The notes under the pieces were generated by a model. It ran no database searches and had not been told where the DNA came from. It saw only the letters and a list, made by a program, of their open reading frames with translations. A program made the translations under genes and the position numbers. A stretch of 64,000 nucleotides of DNA. It comes from an uncultured Gemmatimonadales bacterium. Lineage in GTDB: Bacteria > Gemmatimonadota > Gemmatimonadetes > Longimicrobiales > Longimicrobiaceae. The stretch spans positions 4,064,001 to 4,128,000 of the forward strand of contig OY970303.1 in assembly GCA_963716255.1 (NCBI GenBank), in the 5' to 3' direction. Positions 28,554 to 38,876 of the stretch are shown piece after piece (within the stretch, counting starts at the first letter, position 1; every line of letters starts with the position of its first letter).

Positions 28554-29896
28554 GGCGGGGGCGCGGCGTCCGCGAGGCGGCTACGCAGCTCGGCGGGGGG
28601 AAGGGCGAGGAGGGGAAGGACCTCCCCCGGCGCGATCTCCCTCCGCTCGGTGGCGAAGACGCGGAAGACGCGGGCGGTGTGGTACAGCTCGTCGGAGACG
28701 CGGGGGAGGTCGATGAGCCCGGCGCTCCCCCCCTCGGTGAGGCGCTGCACGGCCCCCCCGCGGCGCAGCGCCAGCAGGTCCAGCCCCATCATCCGCGGCT
28801 TCTCCGGGTAGTCCACGAACACCTCGCCCGTCCCCAGACCCAGCCGGGCGGCCAGGTGGTCCTCCAGCAGGCGGCGCAGGTCGGTGTCCTGCGCGATCCA
28901 CCCGTCCACCGGCAGCTCGCGGACGGCGTCGCCGGGGATCTCCAGCGCGCGCTTGGGGAGGCGCCGGCCGCGCAGCGCCGGGATCCAGCGCTCGGCTACC
29001 CGCCGCGCGCCGGGGTCGCCGCGCCCCTCGGCGCGGGCCTCCAGCACGCCCAGCAGCTGCTCGTCGGTCTTTCCCACCAGCTCGTCCGGGCGGATCACCC
29101 CGGCGTCCAGCGCTTCCTGCACCAGCCGCTTGTACAGCACGGTGGCGGCTCGTACGGCGTGGTGCCAGTAGACGTTGCGGAACATCTGGTACTTGGCGAA
29201 GAGCAGCGACTCCAGCGCGGACGAGCCCTTCTCGTGGATCCCCACCTCCCAGCGTCCGCTCTCCGGGTCGCGCAGCAGGGCCAGCGCGTGGATCAGCCGG
29301 TCCACGTCCACTTCGCCGTACGGCACGCCGCAGAACATGGCGTCGCGGCGCAGGTACTCGATCTTGTCCAGGTCCAGGCTCCCGGAGACCAGCCCCTGCA
29401 GCGGCGAGTCCGAGAGCCCGCGGATCAGCGCCTCGATGCGCGCCGGCGCGTCGGGCGCGACCTCCGCCAGGGCGGTGCGGATGCCGTCGGCGGCCAGGAA
29501 GCGCGCGGTATGCTCCTCGTGGTGCCCGGGTACACGGTCGGCGTCCAGCTCCTCCAGCGCGTGCGAGAACGGGTAGTGCCCGATGTCGTGGAGGAGGGCG
29601 GCGTAGGGGACCACGCGGCAGTCGGCGGGGTCCACGCGGTCAAGCTCGCCGCGCTCCCCCAGGAGCGAGAGCGTGCGCCGCGCGAGGTGGTACACGCCCA
29701 GCGCGTGGTCGAAGCGGGTGTGCGTGGCGCCGGGGTAGACGAGGTACGCCAGGCCGAGCTGGCGGATGTGCCGCAGCCGCTGGAACTCCGGGGTGTCGAT
29801 GACGCGCACCGCCACCGGATCGAGCCGGATGGTGTTCCAGACCGGGTCGCGGACGACCTCGAACTCCTGGGGCGGGTGCGTATCGGATTGTCGCAT
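28550..29896 (-). CDS. HD-domain phosphohydrolase (SAMHD1/YdhJ-like dNTP triphosphohydrolase family)
   Basis: 'DPVW','FQRLRHIRQLG...VYPGATHTRFDHALG','LLHDIGHYPFSH','DLDKIEYL.RD','VYWHH'. Confidence 0.9.
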   Translation of the reverse strand: MRQSDTHPPQEFEVVRDPVWNTIRLDPVAVRVIDTPEFQRLRHIRQLGLAYLVYPGATHTRFDHALGVYHLARRTLSLLGERGELDRVDPADCRVVPYAALLHDIGHYPFSHALEELDADRVPGHHEEHTARFLAADGIRTALAEVAPDAPARIEALIRGLSDSPLQGLVSGSLDLDKIEYLRRDAMFCGVPYGEVDVDRLIHALALLRDPESGRWEVGIHEKGSSALESLLFAKYQMFRNVYWHHAVRAATVLYKRLVQEALDAGVIRPDELVGKTDEQLLGVLEARAEGRGDPGARRVAERWIPALRGRRLPKRALEIPGDAVRELPVDGWIAQDTDLRRLLEDHLAARLGLGTGEVFVDYPEKPRMMGLDLLALRRGGAVQRLTEGGSAGLIDLPRVSDELYHTARVFRVFATERREIAPGEVLPLLALPPAELRSRLADAAPPP

Positions 29897-30069
29897 GGGA
29901 GCGGGGGAGTCTAGGCGCGGCGGGGTGGGGTGTCAAGAAGCGACGGGCGTCACACCCGGTGCATGGCGCGGCCTGCGTTCCCTCGAAGAACCTTTGTCAA
30001 CTCTTTGCCGGTTGGGTATCGGCTTCCGGTCCGGTTTCTCCATCCCATTCTTGCAGGACGACCCCCTTC

Positions 30070-30086
30070 GTCCTACTTTGTAGGAC
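30070..30086. promoter_or_regulatory. Palindromic operator upstream of the HTH-MNT antitoxin gene
   Basis: GTCCTAC-ttt-GTAGGAC immediately 5' of the AAGGAG RBS. Confidence 0.55.
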
Positions 30087-30108
30087 AATGCAAAAAGGAG
30101 ATGATGTG

Positions 30109-30720
30109 ATGGCAGAATCTCTCTCCACTCCCGGCCTGGCCGCCGTGCTGACGTCTCCGGCGCTGGCGCGGCTGGTGATCTTCTTCGCGCTTCATCCGGA
30201 CGAGCCCGTCCACCTGCGTCTGCTCGGGCGCCTCACCCGCCTGGGGCGCAGGTCGCTGGAGAACGAGCTGAGGCGGATGGAGAGCCTGGGGCTGGTCGAT
30301 CGCACGCGCGAGGGGCGGAACGTCGTCCTGCGCGCCCACGAGGAGCACCCGGGCTGGCGCGCCCTGCGCGAGATGGTGCGCCAGTTCGCCGACCCCGCCG
30401 AGGTCCTTGCCGGTGCCCTGGCGCCGGTGAGCGGGGTGGAGGCCGCCTTCGTGTTCGGCTCCTTCGCGCGCGGAGACACCCGGCCGGACAGCGACGTGGA
30501 CCTGTTCGTGGTCGCCGACGAGGGCGTGCGCCGCGACCTGGGCCGCGAGGCGGCGGAAGCGTCCGTCCTGCTCGGCCGACCGGTGGAAGTGACCTGGTAC
30601 AGTCGCGAAAAGCTCCGTCAGCGCTTGGAAAGCGATAACGCCTTCGTCCGCAGGGTCGTCGATGGGCCCAAGCGCTGGGTCGTCCCCGACCGCTCCGGCA
30701 CCCTCAGGTTCGCCGCATGA
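30109..30720 (+). CDS. wHTH + minimal nucleotidyltransferase (MNT) antitoxin
   Basis: N-terminal HTH 'LENELRRMESLGLV'; GSx10DxD motif 'FGSFARGDTRPDSDVDL'; AAGGAG RBS. Confidence 0.85.
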   Translation: MAESLSTPGLAAVLTSPALARLVIFFALHPDEPVHLRLLGRLTRLGRRSLENELRRMESLGLVDRTREGRNVVLRAHEEHPGWRALREMVRQFADPAEVLAGALAPVSGVEAAFVFGSFARGDTRPDSDVDLFVVADEGVRRDLGREAAEASVLLGRPVEVTWYSREKLRQRLESDNAFVRRVVDGPKRWVVPDRSGTLRFAA

Positions 30721-31180
30721 GCAGACATCGGATCACCCGGCTGATCGAGGCCCGCAGCCTCGAAGAGATGGATGCTCCCGCCGCGGAGGTCGAAGGGCTC
30801 TGGAGGAACGCCGTTCGCGAGTTGCGGGACTCGCGGGCACAGGGCCTGAGCGACCAGGGAGCTTCACGCACGCATACCACTCCGCCTTTCATGCGTGCAC
30901 GGCGGTGCTCCGCGCTTCGGGGTACCGGATCCGTGGAGCCGTGGGGGGCCATCACCACAATACGTTCTACGCGGTCGCCGCGCTGGACATCGCGGGTGTC
31001 CCGGAGCTCGCGGAGGAGATGCAGGGTCTGCGGCTGGGCCGGCACGATGCCCTGTACGACTGGGAAAGCGAGGTGGACGTGGATGCCCTGGTGAGGCTGC
31101 GAGAGGTCGCCTCGGCTCTGTTGGATTCGGGTTCAGGCTGGCTCTCGGAGAGAAGACCGGACGTTCGCCTCGCGACCTGA
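30717..31180 (+). pseudogene. HEPN-domain toxin with an apparent 1-base deletion at ~30857-30863
   Basis: ATGA-coupled start 'MSRHRITRLIEARSLEE...GLSDQG' continues in another frame as 'FTHAYHSAFHACTAVLRASGYR...GGHH...RLGRHDALYD'. Confidence 0.75.
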
Positions 31181-31197
31181 CATGCATCACGCCGGAT

Positions 31198-31242
31198 GAG
31201 GAAGAGGCGCCCCCGGCCACCGGCCGGGGGCGCCTCTTCCTC
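31198..31242. terminator. 21-bp perfect hairpin between convergent genes (bidirectional terminator)
   Basis: GAGGAAGAGGCGCCCCCGGCC-acc-GGCCGGGGGCGCCTCTTCCTC. Confidence 0.75.
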
Positions 31243-31262
31243 TCTTCGCACGGTCCGGCCGG

Positions 31263-32891
<1,629 letters not shown>

Positions 32892-33042
32892 TATCGGTGT
32901 GGTTCTCTAGGGGTCGGGATCACACGAACGGCGCGCCCCGTTGGCGCGCGGAACGGAAACCAGCATATGTATCACCCTGTGTAGGGTGACGCAAGTGAGC
33001 GCGGCTCATTTCATGGTTTGGTACGTGGTCACGGAAGGGTTC

Positions 33043-33168
33043 GGGCGTGCCCCCGGCTGCGCCGGGGTCGGGCTGCGGCTCCGTAGCAGACGAAACAACC
33101 GTCTGCAACGGAGTCGAGCCCCGCAAACTACGCGGGTCTCGCCGCTTCGCGCTCGCATCCCTCACGCG
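33043..33168 (+). repeat. Structured dispersed repeat family A, copy 5 (divergent 3' arm)
   Basis: Stem GCAGACG-AAACAAC-CGTCTGC; GGGCTGCGG/TCGCATCCC replaces GGGCTTCGG/CCGAAATCCC. Confidence 0.93.
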
Positions 33169-33198
33169 GGCATCGCGCTATCGTCCGCGGGGGTGGCT

Positions 33199-33362
33199 CC
33201 CCTCACCCCCCGGCCCCTCTCCCACGAGGGGAGAGGGGGAGAACTGCAACGGCGGCTTCCTCCGCGCCAGCGGGTGGGGAGCGGCACACGGCGGCGGCGA
33301 GGAACAGAAAACCCTCCCCCGGAACGGGGGAGGGTGGCGAGCCCGAGCGAGCCGGGTGGGGG
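33199..33362. repeat. Two family B REP-like palindromes
   Basis: CCCCTCACCCCCCGGCCCCTCTCCCACGAGGGGAGAGGGG and CCCTCCCCCGGAACGGGGGAGGGTGGCGAG...CCGGGTGGGGG. Confidence 0.85.
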
Positions 33363-33387
33363 CACCTGCGGACGCAAGCGCGAAAAC

Positions 33388-33517
33388 CGCGTGAGGGATT
33401 TCGGCCCGGAGGGGCGAGACCCGCGGGCAGTTTCGCGGGGCTCGACTCCGTTACGCAGCGTTGTTTGCTGCGTTACGGAGCCGAAGCCCGACCCCGGCGC
33501 CAGCCGGGGACACGCCC
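33388..33517 (-). repeat. Structured dispersed repeat family A, copy 6
   Basis: Variable stem ACGCAGC-AAACAAC-GCTGCGT; 22 nt after the MCP stop; inverted relative to copy 5. Confidence 0.95.
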
Positions 33518-33539
33518 AAACCCCGCCGTAACAAGCAGT

Positions 33540-35285
33540 TCAAGCCGTTACCCCGTGCTCATCGTCGTGCAGGTGGAAACGCCCGGCGAGCGCCGTCATC
33601 GCGGAAGCCATGCGGGCCAGCTCCTGGCTGGTGGCGGAAAGCTCCTCGGTGGCGGCGGTCTGCTCCTGGGCGGCGGCGGCGGTGTGCTCCGCGCGCTCCC
33701 GGCTGGCCCCGGCGATGCTGCGCACTTCCTGCATGGCCACCAGCAGCTCGGACATGACGCCGGCCTGCGCCTCCACCTCGCCGTGGATGCGCTCGATGGC
33801 CGACCCGGCGTCGCGCAGGGCCTCCAGCAGCGCTCCCAGCGCGCCGCGGCTCCCGTCGGAGGCGGCGCCCACGCCCTCCAGCTGGCCGCGCACGGCGTCG
33901 AGCTGCGCCCGCACCTGGCCGATGGCGCGGCGCGTTTCCTCCACGGTGCCGGCCACGTCCGAGGCGGAGACCCCGGACTCGCCGGCCAGCTTGCGGACCT
34001 CGTCGGCCACCACGGCGAAGCCGCGGCCGTGCTCGCCGGCGCGCGCCGCCTCGATGGCGGCGTTCAGCGCCAGCAGGTTGGTCTGCCGGGCGATCTGCTG
34101 GATCGCGTCCACGAAGCCGCCGATGCGCTCGCCGGCGGTGTCCAGGGTGTCCAGCGAGTCCGCCGAGCGGCGCACCCCGTCGCCCACCTCCAGCAGCAGC
34201 TCGCCCGCCTGGGCGATGCGGCCGGCGTGCCCGTCCGTCTCCCGGGCGGTGCGCCGGGCGCCTTCCGCGGAGGCGGCGGCCTGCTCGCGCAGCGCCACGT
34301 TGCGCTCGGCCAGGCGCTCCACGGTGTCGGCGCCGCGGGCGATCAGCGCCATCTGCCGCTCGGCGTGCGAGGCGGTGTTCTCGGAGGCGCTCCCCACCTC
34401 GCCGGCGGACTGCTGCACGTGCTCGGCGGTGGCGGCCAGCTCCTCGGCGAGGGCGGCGAGCGAGCGCGACTGGTCGTGCAGCTCGTGCAGGAGGACGTCC
34501 ACCGACCTGGAGACCCGGTTCACGCTGCGGAACACCAGCCCCACGTTGGTCTGGTCCTCCTCCGGGAGCCGCCCGCCGAAGTCGCCGCCGGCCATGCCGG
34601 CCAGCGTGGCGCGCACCTGCCGCAGCCGCCCGAACAGCTCGGAGTTCTGCGCGTCGCTCACGGCCCCGATCCCCACCAGGAAGATCCACTCCAGCGCCAG
34701 CAGCCCCCACGGGGTCGCCTGCCCGACGTACTCGTACCCCGCATAGCGCCCCAGCGGGTACAGGAGCGCGGTCGCCCCCAGCATCAGCCGGCCGGACCTG
34801 GGCGCCTGGAGCGCGCAGTCGCCGACGGAAAAGGCGAAGAGAGGGAGGACGACGAAGCCCTGCGGCCCCAGCGAGGCGGAGAAGGCGGCGATCACCAGCG
34901 CGTCCACCACCACCATGGCGTAGTACTGCCAGGGGGCGAAGCGGCCGGAGTGCAGCAGCCACATCCCCACGCCGTTGACCACGGCGGCCGTCACCACCAG
35001 CCCGTTGGCGATGGGGAGCGACACCTCGATGGACTCGGTCCAGCTTCCCGCCAGGGCGATCAGCCAGGAAAGGACGATCAGCCCCCAGCGGGTGGCGATG
35101 CTCATCGCCTGGTACGCCTGGAGGACGCGGAGCTCCTCGGCGGAAGTGGGATCGGTCGGCTGCGCGGACACGGGCTCGGGTGCGGGGGTGGGGGCGGGGG
35201 TGGGGAGCTCCGGCCGCGGATCTCCCCGGAACGCCGGGGAATGGCGCGAGGGACGGTGCGCGCGGGGCACGGCGGTGTGACTCAT
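33540..35285 (-). CDS. Methyl-accepting chemotaxis-like protein with multi-TM N-terminus (start uncertain)
   Basis: '[37 protein letters not shown]'; 5-6 hydrophobic segments. Confidence 0.88.
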   Translation of the reverse strand: MSHTAVPRAHRPSRHSPAFRGDPRPELPTPAPTPAPEPVSAQPTDPTSAEELRVLQAYQAMSIATRWGLIVLSWLIALAGSWTESIEVSLPIANGLVVTAAVVNGVGMWLLHSGRFAPWQYYAMVVVDALVIAAFSASLGPQGFVVLPLFAFSVGDCALQAPRSGRLMLGATALLYPLGRYAGYEYVGQATPWGLLALEWIFLVGIGAVSDAQNSELFGRLRQVRATLAGMAGGDFGGRLPEEDQTNVGLVFRSVNRVSRSVDVLLHELHDQSRSLAALAEELAATAEHVQQSAGEVGSASENTASHAERQMALIARGADTVERLAERNVALREQAAASAEGARRTARETDGHAGRIAQAGELLLEVGDGVRRSADSLDTLDTAGERIGGFVDAIQQIARQTNLLALNAAIEAARAGEHGRGFAVVADEVRKLAGESGVSASDVAGTVEETRRAIGQVRAQLDAVRGQLEGVGAASDGSRGALGALLEALRDAGSAIERIHGEVEAQAGVMSELLVAMQEVRSIAGASRERAEHTAAAAQEQTAATEELSATSQELARMASAMTALAGRFHLHDDEHGVTA

Positions 35286-35461
35286 GGCGGTGGATGCTGC
35301 GGGTGGGAGGTCGCCGGAAGGCGGACGGCCCCGCGGCCGGATGGGCCTGGGGCTCCGTCCCCGCCGTGCAATGGGGAAGGTTCGGCTGGAGGAGGCCGTT
35401 TCTGAATGAGCGCCGGAAAGGTAGGGACTGGGCGCCTGCGCGTCAACTACGCGTGTCTGAT

Positions 35462-37063
35462 TCAGAGCGCATGGAGCACGACGCGCGCGGCGCTCCGTCC
35501 GGACGCGCCGAACACCCCGCCCCCGGGGTGGGTGCTGGCGCCCGTGAGGAACAGCCCGCCGATGGGGGTGCGGTACTGTGCCAGCTCGGGTGTGGGACGG
35601 AGAAAGAACATCTGGTCCAGCGACATCTCCAGGTGCATGACGTTGCCGTTGAACAGCCCGTGCTCGCGCTCCAAGTCGGCCGGCGTCTGGGTGTATACCC
35701 GCTCCACGCACCCCGGCACGTTGGGGGCGAAGCGCCCCACCGCCGCCAGGATCCGCTCGGTCTCGCGCTCGCGCACGTCGTCCCAGCTTGCACCGCCGGC
35801 CAGCGCGTACGGGTGGTACTGGGCCCAGGCGAAGAGCAGGTGCTTTCCCGCGGGGGCGAGCGACGGGTCCACCGCGGTCCAGGTCATGGCGACCACGGCG
35901 GGGTCGCGCGCCGGCTCGCCGCGGGCGAAGTCGGCGTAGGCGTGGTCCAGGAAGGGCGCGGGGGGGCAGAGGAGCTGGAGCCCCCGGTGCATGGGCCCCG
36001 GGGAGCCGTCGGCGGGGGCGCCCGCGTACGCGGGCAGCTCGGAGGTGGCGCAGCGCAGGATCATCCCGAAGCCGTTGCCCACCCGCAGCTTCATCACGCG
36101 CTCCCGCATCTCCGCGGCCTCGGGCGCGTCCGCCAGCAGCCGTCCGAAGGTGGTGGCCACGTGGCAGCCGGCGAGCACCGCTCGCGCGGCCACCCGGCGC
36201 ACGGGCCCCGCGGGCGGGGGCGGCGCGGCGCCCAGCGGGAGCCCGGGCTCCGTCCCCTCGGCCACCTCCACCCCCACGGCGCGCCCGCCTTCCACCACGA
36301 TGCGCCGCACGGGAGTCGCGGCGTGCACCTCGCCCCCGTGCTCGCCGATCAGCCGCACCAGCGCGTCGGTGAGCGCCCCGGACCCGCCCACGGCGCGCTT
36401 CACGCCGCTCCGGTGGTAGAGCCCGTGCCACCCGGCCAGCGGCGCCGATCCCAGCTCCCCCGGCGGCGGCCCCGACTGCGCCGCCATCCACTCGATCGCG
36501 GCGCGCACGGCCGGGTGCTCGAAGGTGGCGTCCAGGAGCGCCCTGTAGCCGCCCAGGATGGTCTGGAGCTGCCCCATCCCCCCGCGCCCGAAGCCGCCGG
36601 AGCGCATCATCGTCCAGGCGATCCGCCCGGGCCCCGGCGGCCCCAGGAACGCCTTGAGCACCGCCTCGCTCACCGGCTCCCACTCGCGCACGAAGCGGCG
36701 GTAGGCGTCCGCGTCGCGCGGGGAGACCGCGGCGATGGAGTCGCAGGTGCGCCCCACGTCCCGGTAGAAGTACAGGGCGCGGCCGTCCTCCAGCGGGTAG
36801 AAGCCCCACGGGTCGCAGTCCACGTACTCCAGCCCGTGGCGGGCCAGATCCAGCTCCTGGAGGATGGGGGTGAGGTGGATCAGGATGTGGGCCGAGGAGC
36901 CCACGTCCACGCGGTAGCCGGGGAAGATGTCGTCCCGCGTCTGCACGGCGCCGCCGGGACGGGGGGCGCGCTCGAAGACGGCCACGCGCTTGCCCGCGCG
37001 GGCCAGGTAGGCGGCGGCGATCAGGGCGTTGTGCCCGGCGCCCACGACTGCTACGTCCAGCAT
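35462..37063 (-). CDS. FAD-dependent oxidoreductase, phytoene desaturase/carotenoid ketolase (CrtI/CrtO-like) family
   Basis: '[26 protein letters not shown]...GG'; C-terminal '[25 protein letters not shown]'. Confidence 0.9.
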   Translation of the reverse strand: MLDVAVVGAGHNALIAAAYLARAGKRVAVFERAPRPGGAVQTRDDIFPGYRVDVGSSAHILIHLTPILQELDLARHGLEYVDCDPWGFYPLEDGRALYFYRDVGRTCDSIAAVSPRDADAYRRFVREWEPVSEAVLKAFLGPPGPGRIAWTMMRSGGFGRGGMGQLQTILGGYRALLDATFEHPAVRAAIEWMAAQSGPPPGELGSAPLAGWHGLYHRSGVKRAVGGSGALTDALVRLIGEHGGEVHAATPVRRIVVEGGRAVGVEVAEGTEPGLPLGAAPPPPAGPVRRVAARAVLAGCHVATTFGRLLADAPEAAEMRERVMKLRVGNGFGMILRCATSELPAYAGAPADGSPGPMHRGLQLLCPPAPFLDHAYADFARGEPARDPAVVAMTWTAVDPSLAPAGKHLLFAWAQYHPYALAGGASWDDVRERETERILAAVGRFAPNVPGCVERVYTQTPADLEREHGLFNGNVMHLEMSLDQMFFLRPTPELAQYRTPIGGLFLTGASTHPGGGVFGASGRSAARVVLHAL

Positions 37064-37083
37064 GATTTTGAACCGCGTGGTTT

Positions 37084-37208
37084 GGGCGTGCCCCCGGCTG
37101 CGCCGGGGTCGGGCTACGAGCTGGCGTCCGCTGGGGCCCCCACCCGGCGCTGCGCGCCACCCTCCCCCGTTCCGGGGGAGGGGAATCTCCACGCTGGCGA
37201 TCCCGACC
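37084..37208 (+). repeat. Variant family A element with a family B palindrome in place of its inner hairpins
   Basis: 5' arm GGGCGTGCCCCCGGCTGCGCCGGGGTCGGGCT as in family A; interior CCCCCACCCGG...CCCTCCCCCGTTCCGGGGGAGGGG; 3' ATCCCGACC pairs with GGTCGGG. Confidence 0.75.
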
Positions 37209-37223
37209 GTCCGGTGTGTCGTT

Positions 37224-37269
37224 CTCCCCCTCTCCCTTTGTGGGAGAGGGGGCCGGGGGGCGAGGGGGG
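37224..37269. repeat. Family B REP-like palindrome
   Basis: CTCCCCCTCTCCCTTTGTGGGAGAGGGGGCCGGGGGGCGAGGGGGG. Confidence 0.8.
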
Positions 37270-37306
37270 CTGGGCCCGGCAACTTACCGGGCGGGGGGCA
37301 AGGGCG

Positions 37307-38191
37307 CTACCGGACGGCCTGGAAGGCGGGGGGAGCCTCGGCAATGCGCACGCAGTCGCGGCCCTGGTGCTTGGCGCGGTACAGGGCGCGGTCGGCGGCG
37401 GCGAGGAGGTCGTCGGGGGAGCGCATGGTGGGGGCGTAGGTGGCGATCCCGGCGCTGGTGGTCACGGCGCCGGTGGGGATCTGGGCCGTGCGCAGGCCCT
37501 CGCGCACCCGGTCGACGAACACCAGCGCCTCCTCCACGCCGGCGGACGACAGGATGCACACGAACTCCTCGCCGCCCAGCCGCGCCGACAGGTTCATCCG
37601 CCGGGTGAGGCGGTCGAGCACGCGGCCCACGGCGCGCAGGGCGGCGTCGCCGGCGGGGTGGCCGTGGCGGTCGTTGTAGCGCTTGAACTGGTCCAGGTCC
37701 AGGAGGACCACGGCCACCGGGCGGCCCCGCTCCGCGGCGGCGAACTCCTTGTCCAGGAACCAGCGCGCGCTCCGCCGGTTGGGGAGGCCGGTCAGGTCGT
37801 CGGTGAGCGCCAGCCGGATCGCGCGCTCCCGCTCGCGCCGGAGCACCTCGGCCAGGATCCCCACGGCGAGCGCGATCCCGGTGTACGTCGCCACCGTCCC
37901 CGGGAGCGCCGGGCTCCAGGCCGGGCGGCGGCCCGCCAGCAGGGCGCCGCCCAGCGCGGCGGCCAGGAGTCCGGCCGCCGCGCCCGTCCACGCCGCGGCG
38001 CCGCGCCAGCCGCGGTAGTACGCCAGCAGGAAGGCGGGGACCAGCGCCAGCGCCCCAAGGCCGCCGCTGAAGGGGCTGGTCTCCTCCGGGTAGGCCACCA
38101 TCCCTCCCGTGGCGAGCGCGACGGCGGCCAGGCTCAGCGGGACGAGGCCCGCCGGTACGGGGCGCGGCTCCAGCGGCGAAAACAGGCTCAT
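37307..38191 (-). CDS. Membrane-anchored diguanylate cyclase (GGDEF)
   Basis: 4 TM segments; 'TDDLTGLPNRR','DLDQFKRYNDRHGH','GGEEF','AADRALYRAK'. Confidence 0.9.
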   Translation of the reverse strand: MSLFSPLEPRPVPAGLVPLSLAAVALATGGMVAYPEETSPFSGGLGALALVPAFLLAYYRGWRGAAAWTGAAAGLLAAALGGALLAGRRPAWSPALPGTVATYTGIALAVGILAEVLRRERERAIRLALTDDLTGLPNRRSARWFLDKEFAAAERGRPVAVVLLDLDQFKRYNDRHGHPAGDAALRAVGRVLDRLTRRMNLSARLGGEEFVCILSSAGVEEALVFVDRVREGLRTAQIPTGAVTTSAGIATYAPTMRSPDDLLAAADRALYRAKHQGRDCVRIAEAPPAFQAVR

Positions 38192-38717
38192 GCGCAGGCG
38201 TCCCACTCGGAGGAGGGCCCTGAGGCGGCGGACCGGCCGCGGGGCGGCGATCCCGGCGCCCGGGAGCGTCAGGTGTGGATCGGCAGGTGTGGAGCGTCGA
38301 CTCTGCACGGGCTACGGGCTGAAGAAGGGTGGCCCTCGTTCCGCCGGGCCGCCTGTCCCCGCCCGCCCCCGCGGGGGCGGAACGCGGGGAGCCCGCGGTC
38401 CGGGTCGTCGGCGCTCGCCGATGGATCTCCGAAGCCGCGGGCTCCCCCGCCGGTACTGCGAGCTTCGGCAACCGGACGGTCTCGGGGAGACTCCTGGCTT
38501 TGCGGCCCCGCCTCGCGACGGGTGTGCTCTTGTCGGCTTCGCCTGTCCCTGCATCCGGGCGGGTCACCGCCCAGACCGCGCCATTCTTGCAACTTCCGAG
38601 CCGCCGGACGCCCGTTCGCTAAGTGTATGGAAAGTAGCCACAATGGCCGTGGAGTGGCCCCTGAGGTGTGGTCCCCGGCCGCCCCACTGGTGCCCGCGCG
38701 CCCCAGGCGGAGGGCTC

Positions 38718-38851
38718 CGCGTGAGGGATTTCGGCCCGAAGGGGCGAGACCCGGCGGGGCTGTTTCCGCCGGGGCTCGACTCCGTTGCAGACGGTCGTTT
38801 CGTCTGCTACGGAGCCGAAGCCCGACCCCGGCGCCAGCCGGGGGCACGTCC
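38718..38851 (-). repeat. Structured dispersed repeat family A, copy 7 (near-identical to copy 1)
   Basis: Stem GCAGACG-AAACGAC-CGTCTGC; 25 nt after the kinase stop. Confidence 0.95.
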
Positions 38852-38876
38852 GAACCCTGCCGTGGATCCGTCGTCC

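Noticed and set aside
32972..32989. TCACCCT-gtgt-AGGGTGA palindrome upstream of pckA
   Set aside because: Single occurrence; cannot be assigned to a regulator from sequence alone.
33540..37160. 1206-aa ORF suggesting an extended MCP
   Set aside because: The N-terminal ~620 aa overlaps the oxidoreductase in another frame; the real MCP starts near 35285 or later.
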